64,000 bases of DNA from Amoebophrya sp. A120 (Eukaryota > Protista > Dinoflagellata), in the NCBI GenBank assembly GCA_905178155.1, contig CAJINV010000003.1, forward strand, positions 11,582,733-11,646,732, given 5' to 3'. Below the pieces are notes generated by a model. The model did no database searches. It was not told the origin of the DNA and worked only from the letters and a program-made list of their open reading frames with translations. Positions within the stretch are counted from its first letter, which is position 1; the number at the start of each line of letters is the position of its first letter. Of this stretch, positions 1 through 12,514 are shown piece by piece. The translations under genes were made by a program, and so were the position numbers.

Positions 1-3000
1 GACCTCGTATATGATCTTCCTCACGCCGAGCTGCTGGTGCTGGCGTTAGTCAGACAGGAGAATTCAAGGGAGCGTTGTAAGACAGCTGGTTCCCGCTCCT
101 GTTGTAATCAAACATCGCATGCAGTGAAAAAAAGTGCGCTCATCTGCATCCGTCCTTTCTTTACAACGAACAGCTACTGACTTCTCGCTCCAGTGCCTAA
201 ATTACTTGCCAACTTGGAAAGGAAAATAGTAAAACTCAAAATTCAGTAGCAAACATCACCAGACATTTTTCATGATAACGTGGCCAAACTTCTTTGCCTC
301 AAAAATCTCCGTCCCCCCTGTTCTTGACCAGCAGCAAACTTCGAGCTGCCGAGCCGTGCAGCGGCCCAACTCAGCGTCTTGGGGTAACGGAAATTAATGA
401 GGCTAGATCTGCTCCTCCTCCAGCTCAGTTACTCGCTACAGATGGCCTCATCATCATTTTTCCACGCGCCCACCCGTTAGAAACTTTTTACAACTCGTGA
501 CGATTGCGCATTGGATAAATTTGTAGTGCTGAAAAATTAATGCGCATGCTCCTCCTGGACGAAAACTTTAAAACTACAATTCTTGTACTATCCTCGGTGA
601 TTAGGTAAGCGGAAGCATCTCAAAACCCGCAGGCCTGTGATACGACCACCTCGTCACTTGATTGCGATTTTTGTATTTGTTAGAACTGAACAGATGCACA
701 TAGTACTTCTATGCATTTGAACTCGAACGAGAGATAGAGGTACTCTTACTCTTAATTTTAATTTAATTATCAACAATAAAATGGAAATTCATCAAGATGG
801 AAGGTTGGTCAGAACGTGAGCGTAGATGTGTAAGTGTAAAAGGAATTACAATGCTAAAACAATAGTGTACGTAAGTAAGATCATATGCTGTTTTGCAAGA
901 AAAGTAAAGCAGTTGTGGATTTTTGCAGTGTGAAAAAAAGTTGTTGAACAAGTAGTACTAGTAGATGCAGATTGTAAGTTTTAAACAGTTATACCAGAAT
1001 CAGAAAAGAAAAACATGAATGCGCCTCAGAGTTGTAGAAAACGCACTTAGCAATAGAATTTTTGTAACTTCCGTCTACGGTTATTGTACATGAAATTTAA
1101 TCAAAGATGATCACAGCTTGGTGCATCAACGTACTTCATCATGTGTTTGATGGCTTTGAAGATAGTAAAGCACGTTCCGTGTGGCGTTCCCTCTCATCGT
1201 CGTGGCGTTTCGTAGTTTCCGGAACAGAAAAGAACTACATGAAGCCTCGCCAATCACGTTGAAATGAACCCCCGCCAGCACCACAAAGCAAAAACACTCC
1301 AGAAAGCCACCCTCTACCTCGTGTCGTCCTTTGCGTCGCGTGCGCAAGGTGCGCTGCGGACGCATCGCCCAAATTCGCTTTATTCAGGAGTGCTGCATTC
1401 GCTTAGTGGGCTCTTCGGGGGTATTTTTCAAAATGATACGGTCGTGGCGAAGTCAAGTAGTTCAGGCGGCAAAAACCCCAGGTGGTGCAGCTATCACGTC
1501 GAAAAAAACCAGCATACATAGGCACCTCATCATGGTTGAATGAATCAAATACGAAAAAACGCCTGCAGGTGTCCGTTCACCAGAGAAGACTTTAATTCAC
1601 TTTACTAGCCAGACGATATCGAAGATTGGAAATGGTCGGCTCTGCACCAGCTGCATTGAATCCAAATGCAAATCATTTCGCTACCTATACTAGCTTTTTT
1701 CTTACGTGAGATACGTGCGATGGTATCAACTTGGAAAAAATTCGCCTCCATGAGAAGTGCTGGAGAGGCTTGCGTAGCAGGGAACACAGCCTTTTCTTTC
1801 CCGACCAGAGGAAGTTTTCTGGTTGCTGTATGAGGATGTTCCACCTTGCACATGGAAGACTTACAGAGCTGTTGCATGATGGAGTTGGTTTTTTCCAAAT
1901 GGTATCCCACCGCGTAATTACACCCGCCCGCCGCCGGCTAACAGCACTTTTTCTTGTCGGACTTGGATTATGGAGGGGGCTCAGCTCTGACAACGCTAAC
2001 TGTGACAAGCAAGTTTCTGATGCAAAACACTGATCCTCGGGTAATACTTATGGACTCCCCGTCCAGACTTCTCACTTCTTCTGTCCACAAGCTAGCTCCG
2101 ATCCGCGTCCCAGGCGGGTGCGCAGCCTCTGCGCATGCAGCCCCCTCTAATGGTCTGAAGCTCATTCATGGACTATTTTTTTACCAAAGTGAGCGTCGAG
2201 ATGGCGCCGAGGTAGATATTTAGTAGCTGCTAAAATGCCAATGCGGAAGCCATCATCCGGAGACACAGACATCTACAGAAGGTTGATATAATCAGTCTAA
2301 GTAGTTTCTTTTGCTCTCCAACATGCAGCACAAAAAAAGGCGCCAGCAACATGTTCTTTCCCTCACAGAAGACGTTGTCGGTTCTGAGCACGCCATACGG
2401 ACTTCTCGTCGTCGTCGTCGTCTTCCTCGCAGGAGCACCCGCCGGAATATCAACTTGAAAATTACCCTACCCCCAGAATTGCCCAGTCGCTGGTGACGCG
2501 GTGCAAAGTTAGTCAATCGAATTGGAGGATGAGCAAGAAACATCCTTTTGCGCCGCATACCTGGTTTTGCTGTGGAATCTAGGCAGCACGACTGAGTCCA
2601 GTCTCTACCCGACATGCGGGCAACACCGCACGCAGACTCTTGCAAGTCTTGAACTTGTTCATGGAGCAGCTGTGTAGATCGCTGCCGTTTGCAACAGGTT
2701 GACGTCGTATCGTGAGTTGTTATTTCCTGATTTCAACTCTGAATGCATAAGCAAAACCTAAACTGACACTTCTACATACACTATTCCGGGGGTGGTGCTT
2801 CCCTTTTTCAGTTCGATACGGACTTGGATTTCTTCTTCGTGTTTTTTCCCACGGTGCTCTGCTGCTATACAAGGATAAAAGGGTTCTAGTGCACATTTCT
2901 TGTGTTAGTCTTCGTCTTGCGCAAGACAGTGTAGCCCACTCGTCGGACGCTAGCTCTTGCTACACTGGACGTACAGCAAAGTTCATTTTTACTGTTGGTG

Positions 3001-6000
3001 CGACCACTGAGACTCAGTGCGAACTGTGCCAATAAAACAGCATAAGAGGAATCACAAACAATTTTTGATGCCAGTGAAGCCAAAATTTGCAGAAAGCAAT
3101 ACAATACGAATATGCACAAGAGCTTAGATAGTAGACACAGTTTTTTCTTGGATACCTGCGGAGATCCCGCTTGGGGGTTGTTCGCGACATTGCCGGCGGG
3201 AGCACCCTCGTCCACGCCTGCAGCAACTTGACGTTCCTCCGGCTTCGGTGCCGCAGGATTTGCGGACACCTCATGGTTCATAATTTGCACCACAGCCGGA
3301 TCCTGCTCGAGCCCAATGCAAGGCGGGGGTCCACCGTAGGTTGTTTGCCGGTTCTATCCTAATAAAATCCAACTTCGTGCTGTCACCCATGCTTGCCGCA
3401 GCTATACACGTTACTTTTTGTTTTTCCGCCCTGCTTTTTGCCCCCTAGCACTCGCTAACCGAATGCGCATAATCTGAGAACATTCTCTACCCGATCGAGA
3501 GACGGGGAGATGTTGATGTGCGGCTTTAAATAAATAATCTGATGACTATAATATGCTTTTTTTTTCATGCTTGTGAGTGTCTCAGCGCTTCCTGATCACA
3601 CCTGCACAGGGTGTCTCACAGTTCCTTACATACATCCACAAATATTCATATTGATAGATAAACATGAAAGTATGAATATCTTTGAAACTTGAAAATGGGC
3701 ATTGGATCAGCATGCGCAACAAGAAATAGTCACACGGGTGGTCCAGCAAAACTCTATCTCTAGTTGCGCGTGATAGCTTCTGCTCAATCTTGTATTGCAT
3801 GACCTTCAAGTTCGTGAAGGCATTTTGTTGGCTCGATACCATCGGAGATATGCTGCAGCAAAGCGAAATCGGGAAGGTTTCGCTCAGGACATTTTTGCAC
3901 CCTAATCAACATGGTCATGATAGTGCCACTCTGTACCTACCTAGGAGCGACGCCGGGGGAAAATGCATAAGCACAAGTAGTACTACAGTACAAAAACATA
4001 CGACGATCTTTTTCCGTAGGAGCGAAACAATTACAAACCAAATTGTCTCACTATCGTCCGTTACTCGCAGCAGCCACGAATCCCCTGCTCTTGCCACGCA
4101 GGTTCTTACATGCAGATTGCAAATACGAATTGAATCTAGGATAGCAGGAGCACAAGCCCCACTTGCATATTGAGAAACGTGCCTCGTTCTACTTTCCTCC
4201 ACCAGGGAATTAGCACGTTTATTGTTTGTACAAAACGCCGGAAAGATCAGCGCAGCTACGGTGGGCTCCGTTCTCGCTTCAAGAGCCCCGGCAGGATCCT
4301 CGAGAAGGCAGAAAAAAAAGGAAAAGGAAGGAGAACCTCGCCTCAGAGAGATGGAAGACGCAGAAGATCATGCTGTGTACAATATGATACAGCCTCTTCA
4401 CCTTGAAAGACTAACTCAACAAAATGTCAGGCCTTCATATTAGGAGTAAAATGCGACAACTACGTCCTACAGGGCTCTCAACTTATGAAGCTTGAAGACA
4501 GCCACTCGAGTTGCCAGTCGCTGCACACTAGCATCAAGAAAAGGATCATCATCATACCTTCAGATTTGAAATAAGCGAAACCTGCCCATTGCTGGAGAAT
4601 GTCATACCCGTGAAGACTGGGCCGCCGGCCTGGGGATTGAGTCCCCAGTGAATCACCAAGCTGCTTTCGTAGGCCGTGACATCTGCCGGGTTGCCGCCGT
4701 ATCTGTATGAAATCGAAACGATGTCCCCGCAGCGCTGTTCGTCCGCGCTGCCCGTGTCCCCCTTGCGCCTCTTTTTTGCATCAATCATGAGTGTGTACTA
4801 TATTATATACATTTAATGCACCCCAGCAAGTGCATTCAGCCAACGGCATCGCGTCCTCATCTAGTTGGCCAACAATAGCCGCCCCACGGGGTTGGTGAGG
4901 TTGCAACGGTTCTTTTGACTGCCTCGCGCCATTTTGCTGCGCTGCTTTCGCGAATTTCCGCTAGCAAAATACGGGCCGCGCTCTTTTCCTCGCACGTGCC
5001 GCGGCGTATAGCGTTGCCCCGCATGGCGTCAGGAGCGGTAGACAGTTGCCATCTTCGTGCCTCCCAAACCCGAAAGCCTAAACCTTCCCCGCATGCTATA
5101 GCCAGCCCACCAAAGGCTTCCGCTAGGGCCGGCCCCTTGGGCGCCCTAAATTATGCCCATGGCATGTGGATTGGCTCGTTGCCTTTTGCGGCATTTGCGC
5201 TTTTTGTCTCTTTTTGTTGAAAAGCCGCACTTTCTGGCTTGCTCCCCGAAATACAATTCAGCACAAGCTTCTTCGATACTGTAGGAGCTACCAAGGTGAG
5301 CCAGAAACTGCACGAGTAACCGCTTAAATTTTCTGAAGGCTAATCATCTGCACTGGATTGCATTGAGAGCCAGGCATCTCGAACGACGCAACACCACCCG
5401 TTTTAGCAGTGAAGGGAAGTTCAATTGGAGTTCGAATCGCGCTACCACCCTCACGCTTGGCGTTCAAAAGATACTTCCTAAGAGCTGGAGAGTATCCTTA
5501 GCCCCCGACGAAAACAACCACTATCCCCGTCGCCTCTTGGGGATCGCGGAAGCCGGACAGAAAATTTAGGCCCCAAGCTTGAATGCCCGGCGGCTCGCTT
5601 CTTTGCGAAATGCATTAAAGCTTGCCGGAAATAAGTACGCCCCCGAGCTTAGTGATCAACGCGGAGCTATACACACTTCGCTGCGGTCAACCTTGCGCAG
5701 GGAGTTTTTCATTTTTTTCTTTTCGCATGCTATCTGTTTTCTTTTCTCCTCTGCGTCTTTTCTTTCTTTTGTCCTGCTTTGTGTTTGCTTTTCTTTTCGC
5801 AGGATTTTTCTTTTCGCAGATAGCCATGCTGCTTTCTTTTATTCTCTAGAATCTGCGTCGGGTGTCCATTTGTTGCGAGCTCCCCGAAATACAAAGGCCC
5901 GACTTTGGTGGCCGGCTTTGCGACCTCCAAAAGTGGCCACAAATGGCGCCCATAACATGCATGCGGATTCGCCTCCACCATTGTCGTCTTGGCATTTTTT

Positions 6001-7741
6001 GGGCGTCCCTTTTTGGGCGCCCTAAACCGCCAGAAACCAAGGCGATGGGCGCCTCAGAAGGGCGCCCCTTTTGTCGGCGCCCCTGCGTCGTTCTATCAAG
6101 CGGGAATCGATACAATTCCGCCGGGCCTGTTTGCTATCGAAGTCCCGGCCGCTTTATAAGTAGAACATTTTAGCTTGATATGTATAGGACGCGGACGTAC
6201 TTATGTCGGCGATTCACCACTGAGACACCGACACGCCTGGATACACGACGGATTTGACCCATCACCGTGGAGACAATTTCGTCCACGAGGACCCCGTTGT
6301 CTCCAGTTGGACGGCCGTCGAATTTCTTCTCTTCCGTGAATTTGCTATATCCTCATGAAAATACTGAGTCAGGGTAGCAACACTGCTTTTATCAGACATA
6401 GATATACGTTCGTCTTGATCATCATCATCACCATCATCATCATTTTTTGAGTCAAAATAAGTGGTCTGAATTCTATAAAGTCAGAAGTGGAGGTCGTTGC
6501 CCTCCGATGTTCTGGGCAAGTAAATTTCTGTGAGCCATGGCTTTGCGATAATTTCAATTTGTCTGAGCCATTATATCACCGGAAACGATTTTTATCTGTC
6601 GGTCAACAGTTTCCTATTCCTTGGGCCTCTCGGCATGCCTGCACATAAATGAACCAGCAGATGGTTCCAATTTGATGTTAGTACTCCTGCATTGCGGTTG
6701 CAATTGACACTCAATCGAATTTTTGGCACGATAACGCGATCATTTTTGTGGTCTCTTCGACGGCTTTCTTCTCTGCAGGGTAAGCCGCGGACAAAGTGTA
6801 GCCAGTTCGTTTCATCATGTAGTCGCTTGTTAAAGTCGTCGCCCACCACCCCTTCCGGTCCGCGTCAGTCGGACAAAGGGCCGCGCCCCCCCCCCTGCTC
6901 CTGCTCTTCCTTCATCGCCAATTGGACCTTGCGATTCCCTTTCAACGAGTCGCGAGGTGCGGCACCAGTGTACAATATCCTGAGTGAAAGCGTACCGGCC
7001 CTGTTACAGTCAAGTTGGTAATTCTCGAGCATATTATCACAAGTTTTGAGAGCCACAAGTGGCAAGCATCTGTCTGCCTACATTTTTGTAAAAACAGTTA
7101 CTAGCAAGTAGGACTGCTGCATATGCCTAAACCTCATCGGATAAGCGTTTCACAGCACTACAAATGCAAAAACACCACTGGAAATACCTCTCATATGGAT
7201 GCGCACCACCAATGTGTCCGCTGTGGATGCAAATCAGTATGACAACTCTGGCGGGGTGTTTCACGTACAACTGGAAAATAAAACCAAATTGAAATACAAA
7301 AAAAACGTTCAAATGTTTTGACGACAGGCCACAACTCTGGGGTTGGGAGGCAGGCTTTTGCTCAGCATATACGTAAGGTGCCGCCTTTTTTCGATCTTGT
7401 ACTTGATCACGTTCAGGTCTGACCGCTCGATGCGAGAATCAGCAAAGATTTTCTTTGCGATCGCATCGACCGTGGCAGTGTCCAGATCTCGCGGGTTGTA
7501 GTTACAATAGACACGGAATCCGACAAACATGAGCGTGTCGATGGCCTCATCCAGCGGCATGGGAAGGATTGCAAGGTTCCGATTCGCATCATGCTCGTGC
7601 TCGGCACGGTTGAGGATGTGCTCAAGCTGCTTCGAACCAAACTCGGACGGTGTATCCCCAGCACCCCCACATGTCACCTCCCCAGGCGACAGCGCCTGCC
7701 CTTGGTGCTCGGTCAACTTTTCGCACGGAAAAAAGCTAGCA

Positions 7742-7767
7742 CATCATCATCATCATCATCATCATCA
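7742..7767. repeat. (CAT)n microsatellite
   Basis: About nine CAT units; a similar run lies at about 6418-6443. Confidence 0.8.
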
Positions 7768-9477
7768 GTGATCATGGCCAACTACATGAGTACTATCTGC
7801 AGTACTAAGTAACGTGTATCGGCAGGCTGGCGCATGGCTGGGTTAGTTTGACTGGTGCAAAATCAAACAAACAGCTCGGAGTCGGACGACTCAATTAGGT
7901 GTGGGTGCCAAAAAATAAATTCATCGTCCTAGTTGCTGAGCCCGGCGCGGCGCCGAGGCGGTTTCTTGCAAAGCCAACGAAAAGCAGGTTGCGGACTTCG
8001 AACCTAGCTTCTCAACTCTCGAGCTTCGAGTCTCGACTTTTGCAGTTTTCACTATACGAAATTCGAAGCTTCGATCCTCTTTCAGTTCATCTGCTTTACG
8101 TCCTTTACGTCAGCTCTGTCATGCCTGCTCGTCCTCGGGACCCTTCCCTTTTTCTGACAATATCTGCGCAACACAGCTGCCGGTCGTGGAGTACGTAACG
8201 TACTCGAAAGTATTTATCAACACGACACGAAAAATAGAAATACATCCAGGTGGACAGTCGGCCATAATAAAAAAAAGTGTATGTAGCTAGCATTCTCCAC
8301 ATGATACAGCTTTCCCACTTTCTGCTCAACATCCAGGAAGGCAACCGCCTGCGCCTGGCTCGTATCAAAGTGAGAATAAACCACACCTAACAAACTATGT
8401 CTCATCAGAGGGACAACTCCCCGCTCGCCAGTCTTCTTTCAATGCGCCACGATCACAAATGTGAGTAAAAAGTGTCAACACATATGTGAAAATTACAACA
8501 TGCCTTTGTTGATAGATAAGGCGCACAGTGGCGGTGTCTCCATCGCCCCTTTTCATGCATACAAGTACTCTATGTAGTAGAAAATCAGCAAATAGCTGTA
8601 GCCGGTCTCCCCTGCGGCTCTAATCTATGAGGTCGTGTGTCGACGTTTCTCACTTTGGTACTTCAGAGCTTCGTCGACGTGGTCGGAACGGGCGGCTTCT
8701 CCTCCATCGCCCACCGCGCTCGCCACCGGTGGGTCGACAATGGGCTGTGTATTATTTGTATTTCAGAATGAAAAAGCTACTCATAATTTCCATTGACATT
8801 TGGTTGCCTTCGGCCTGATGATACCACACACTAGGCATGGCAACGGCGCCGCAGCACGATGACCTCTCAGACCTAAAAATGCTCTTCTCGGAAAACATCA
8901 ACACCATCAGAGTCAGAGTCAGAGTTTTTCAAAAAATGCGCGCTCCACCTGCGAAACGCAGGCATTTTTTCTTGCGGCCGACGCCAAAAGTACACTTCTG
9001 ATGGTGTACGTGAGGCATGGTATGACAAAAAGTCATCCACCATGAAACATCCGGCGATTGACATCAGTGAGGGCTGCCTTCAACACTTTTGCGTATGTTG
9101 CAGCGGGCGTAAGTATACTTCTCGCCATGAACGTGTAGGTTTTGTAGAGATATGCAAAAAAAAAGTTCGAACTTGAGCAGCTGCAGCTCAGCTACAATTT
9201 GAAGTCGCGGTATGGTACCACACTTCACTTACACTTTATTTCCTCGTGCTGGCAAATAAGTACTACGTACTTGCATTCAAAACGCCAAATTCCGAGACCC
9301 CACGTCTAGGATGCGCGTCAGGAACTTGGCCGTCGTCGTCTTCAGACTATCTTGGTGTACGTGCAGTGTAGTACTAGGTAGAAGAAGATAATTCGAATTC
9401 TAAATCTAAATACATACATAGTTGTAGTTCGTCAATGATGGAGACATAAGCGGAAGACTTGGATTCTTGATGAGTAA

Positions 9478-10760
9478 CTAAGAAGGTACCTTCGAAGCGG
9501 CAATCTCCGGCGAGACAAGATGATTCGGCGCGGCTTCCACGGTAGGCCGGGGATCTTCAGCACCCTTCTCGTCAACTTCCTTCGCGACCTGCTTCGGCGC
9601 CAGAAAGCCGCGAAGCCCGTTTTTCTTGCCCGAAGGCGGACCGGACTTGAACCGCATCAGATCAGCAAGCGGCGGGAACTGGGAAGTATAGTTATTATGG
9701 TCGAATTTCAACATATCTTGAGTTTGTAGGTCTAGGTACATCTTCATTTGCATCATCTTCATGCTCTCCGTTGAGATTTGATCTTACAGGGCAGCCTCAA
9801 CCACCGGACGCTCCATACGCGAAAATCAAAATCTATTATTTTCAATTACTGTCCAATTGAAAGGAGGGAAAGAGAAGGAAACAAAACCAGCAAGAGGAAT
9901 TGACACACCGGTCTGTCAATACCAGTTTCTGGATCGCAGCCGACTTAGATATCAAATGCAAATGTGTCTGGGTCTGGAAGGAAGCGGACAGTTTGTCACG
10001 GTGGTTCTTGTGTGCCAGAGGCTTCCGCTGCACGGCATATCACCACCAGCACTACCACTGTTCCTGCTCTATCGCAATCGCATTTAGTAGCATAAAAACA
10101 AACTCCCTTCTAGCATGACAAAATAACTGCTCACGTCAATCCAACCTCTATCCATGAATTACAGATCTTGAATCTACTTGTTCTTCTTCTTGTCGTTTCA
10201 AATCTATTCGCATGACGAATCCAGACACAGACATACGATTTGCTCTGCATATGCGAGACCCCCGCACCAATCACCAAGACCACAATCAAAGCGCCGAGCA
10301 GCAGGATCTTCCACATCATGCAGCCGTGGTTCTTGGTCACCGGATCCTTGGAACAGATGATCTTGTTCCCCTTGCTCCAGTTCGAGACAAGTTGTTTGTT
10401 TTCAGCATCAGCATCTTCATCGCCTTTATGCACTACAAAAGCATCGCGCTAGAAGCAACAAATTGCATCAAAAACTTTCGACAAGAAAAACGGGACTTTG
10501 TCATGCAGAAGATCCAGGTGAAATCGAGTGCATGAATGCATATGCAATTAGCACGAGCACGATAAGTACTTTTGCAGTGGATAGCCTTCCACCGCTGGAG
10601 GGAGCAGATTCTCTCCCGCCGCCCCTTCGTCCGCTGGTTCTCCATCGTCCCGCGAGGACACGTGATGATACCGTGCGGCAGGGGTCGTAAGCGATTCAGG
10701 GACCGTTCCAGCAGTCTGCATGGTGATCTCCCCTTGCGTCTCAGTCTCGTGTGACAACAT
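9478..10760 (-). CDS. Small multi-exon hypothetical membrane protein
   Basis: Removing the introners at 10427-10583 and 9950-10251 joins MLSHETE...PAVEG|DEDADAENK...WKILLLGALIVVLVIGAGVS|(Q/K)SAAIQK in frame. It has one hydrophobic segment. The link to the last exon (ORF 9478-9762) is assumed. Confidence 0.55.
9950..10251. mobile_element. Introner family A, degenerate
   Basis: Left TIR tatcaaatgcaaatgtgtctgggtctggaag; right end tccagacacagacata...gcata; flanks ttaga/tgcga. Confidence 0.7.
10427..10583. mobile_element. Introner family D
   Basis: Ends tatgcactacaaaagcatcg and, as reverse complement, tatccactgcaaaagtac; perfect 5-nt direct repeat gcctt; removal restores frame. Confidence 0.8.
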
Positions 10761-12514
10761 TTGCAGCTGGTGTCTTCACAACAGAGGTCGTGCGACTCCT
10801 GTCCAAGTGGTCACAACAGCAGTTGTTTAGTGTGGCTGCTGGTGCTGTTCTTCTTCTTGCGTGCAGATCTTCTGTTGTGGTACTGCGAACAAGTTTCAAG
10901 TCTACCCTTGCCTTTGCTTGTCAGAAGTATTTGTGAAAGGCTGCAAAAATGCCGTCGCAGTACGTAAGTGAATTCAGGTCGATATTTCAATTATCTTCGC
11001 GGGGTAAGTAGTAAGTACTTTTTGAATTTGATTCAGCCTTTTGGAAACAAAGTTTCAAAACTCCTCGCCGTAAAGCTTAAATTTGTTCGAAGAAAAACCA
11101 GTGGGAGAGATGAACTACTCTCAGAGATAAATCTGAGAATAGCAAGTGCGGGGACACTGTGAGCAGAGGGAAAAATTGAATTTGTAAAATTTGCGACGAC
11201 ACGCGCCAGGCATTGGTTATGGTTATTTCAATGGGAATGGTTTTTTTTGTATTTGTAATCTATACACAAGCATGGTAAGAAGAACCAGCACGACGAGATC
11301 ATGATGACAGGACACTACGTCCTCCACCTGTGCCAGATGGTACCGACCCTAACAACATGCACTCTTTGCCAACCGAGTTCTTTGTAAGGGGTATTCATCA
11401 CCACGCTGCAGCTGCACGACGAATATTTATAAACAATCACAGACGCAGACCATCACGTCGAGTTTAGAAGCCAAGACTTCATGATGTTGGCCGGAATCCT
11501 GGGACGAAAACTGGTACCGAGACAAGAAGTAGCTCCAAGGCTACAAGTGCAAAAAACCGAGCCAATTGTCTTTTTTTTTACCACGATCACGACCACGACA
11601 ACCGATTACGCACACTAAGAATTATCGCACAACCGAGCCTCTTCAGGAGAAAAGTCTGGGGTTTGGCTTCGCCTGCACGGGCGAGAACCGGCTTTGTTGT
11701 GGTAAAAAGTCCGAGCGCCGCGTTCCGAACGAAGGACATTAAGCTAGACCGACCAGCAGAATACAGGAAGCGCGAAAAAAATTGAAAATCTTCAACACCG
11801 AAAGCTGATTTTACGGATGAGAACGAGCAAAACCGAGAGCAAGACGTCTGCTCTTCTTGTCAGAACCGATCGAATTCGTGTTTGAGTGCGACCACTGCTA
11901 ACTACGCACTCTCAATTCTAAGTATACAGCAGCGCATTCAACTTTCATACAACACGTCGAGGTCTGTCAGACCTTGTCCCACCGGCAGAGGTAACTCACT
12001 ACAACTGAGTGTCTACAACTCCGCGGGCTTCGCAGCACGTATCTTCCGCCGGAAACTGAAGCATCTGCGTCGGCGAGAAAGTGAAATATAAATGGTGAGC
12101 GCTTTTATTTGCTTGTTGTAGCATCACAACAATCTTTGCGAAAAAAATACCGCGTTCGTCCACCTCAAAGCAAACTTTACAAGAAACAGTACGAGCAGGT
12201 TTATAGACACTGCAGGCAGCATGTACGTCACGACTTTATTCTGTAAATATCTTTCTTCGCAGCTGGGCGACCTCACCAATATTCGAATCGAAGTTTACCT
12301 TCAGTGGCTTTATCGACCTAGTATGTCTGCCTCAACCTGTGAACAGCCGAAACCGGGATAAAGCGACCTTGAATAGAAATTGAAGTTCCGAAACCGAATA
12401 CAATCGCAATTTCATCAAGTAGTGATTAGGTATATCATTGCTGTCGAGAAAGCTTGTAAGAGAGAATTGACCACAGTGCGTGTTCTCGTCGCACGCCAGC
12501 AATCATTCCTATAC

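Noticed and set aside
2250-2285. Possible family A TIR relic (ggagacacagacatctaca)
   Set aside because: I found no partner TIR or direct repeat.
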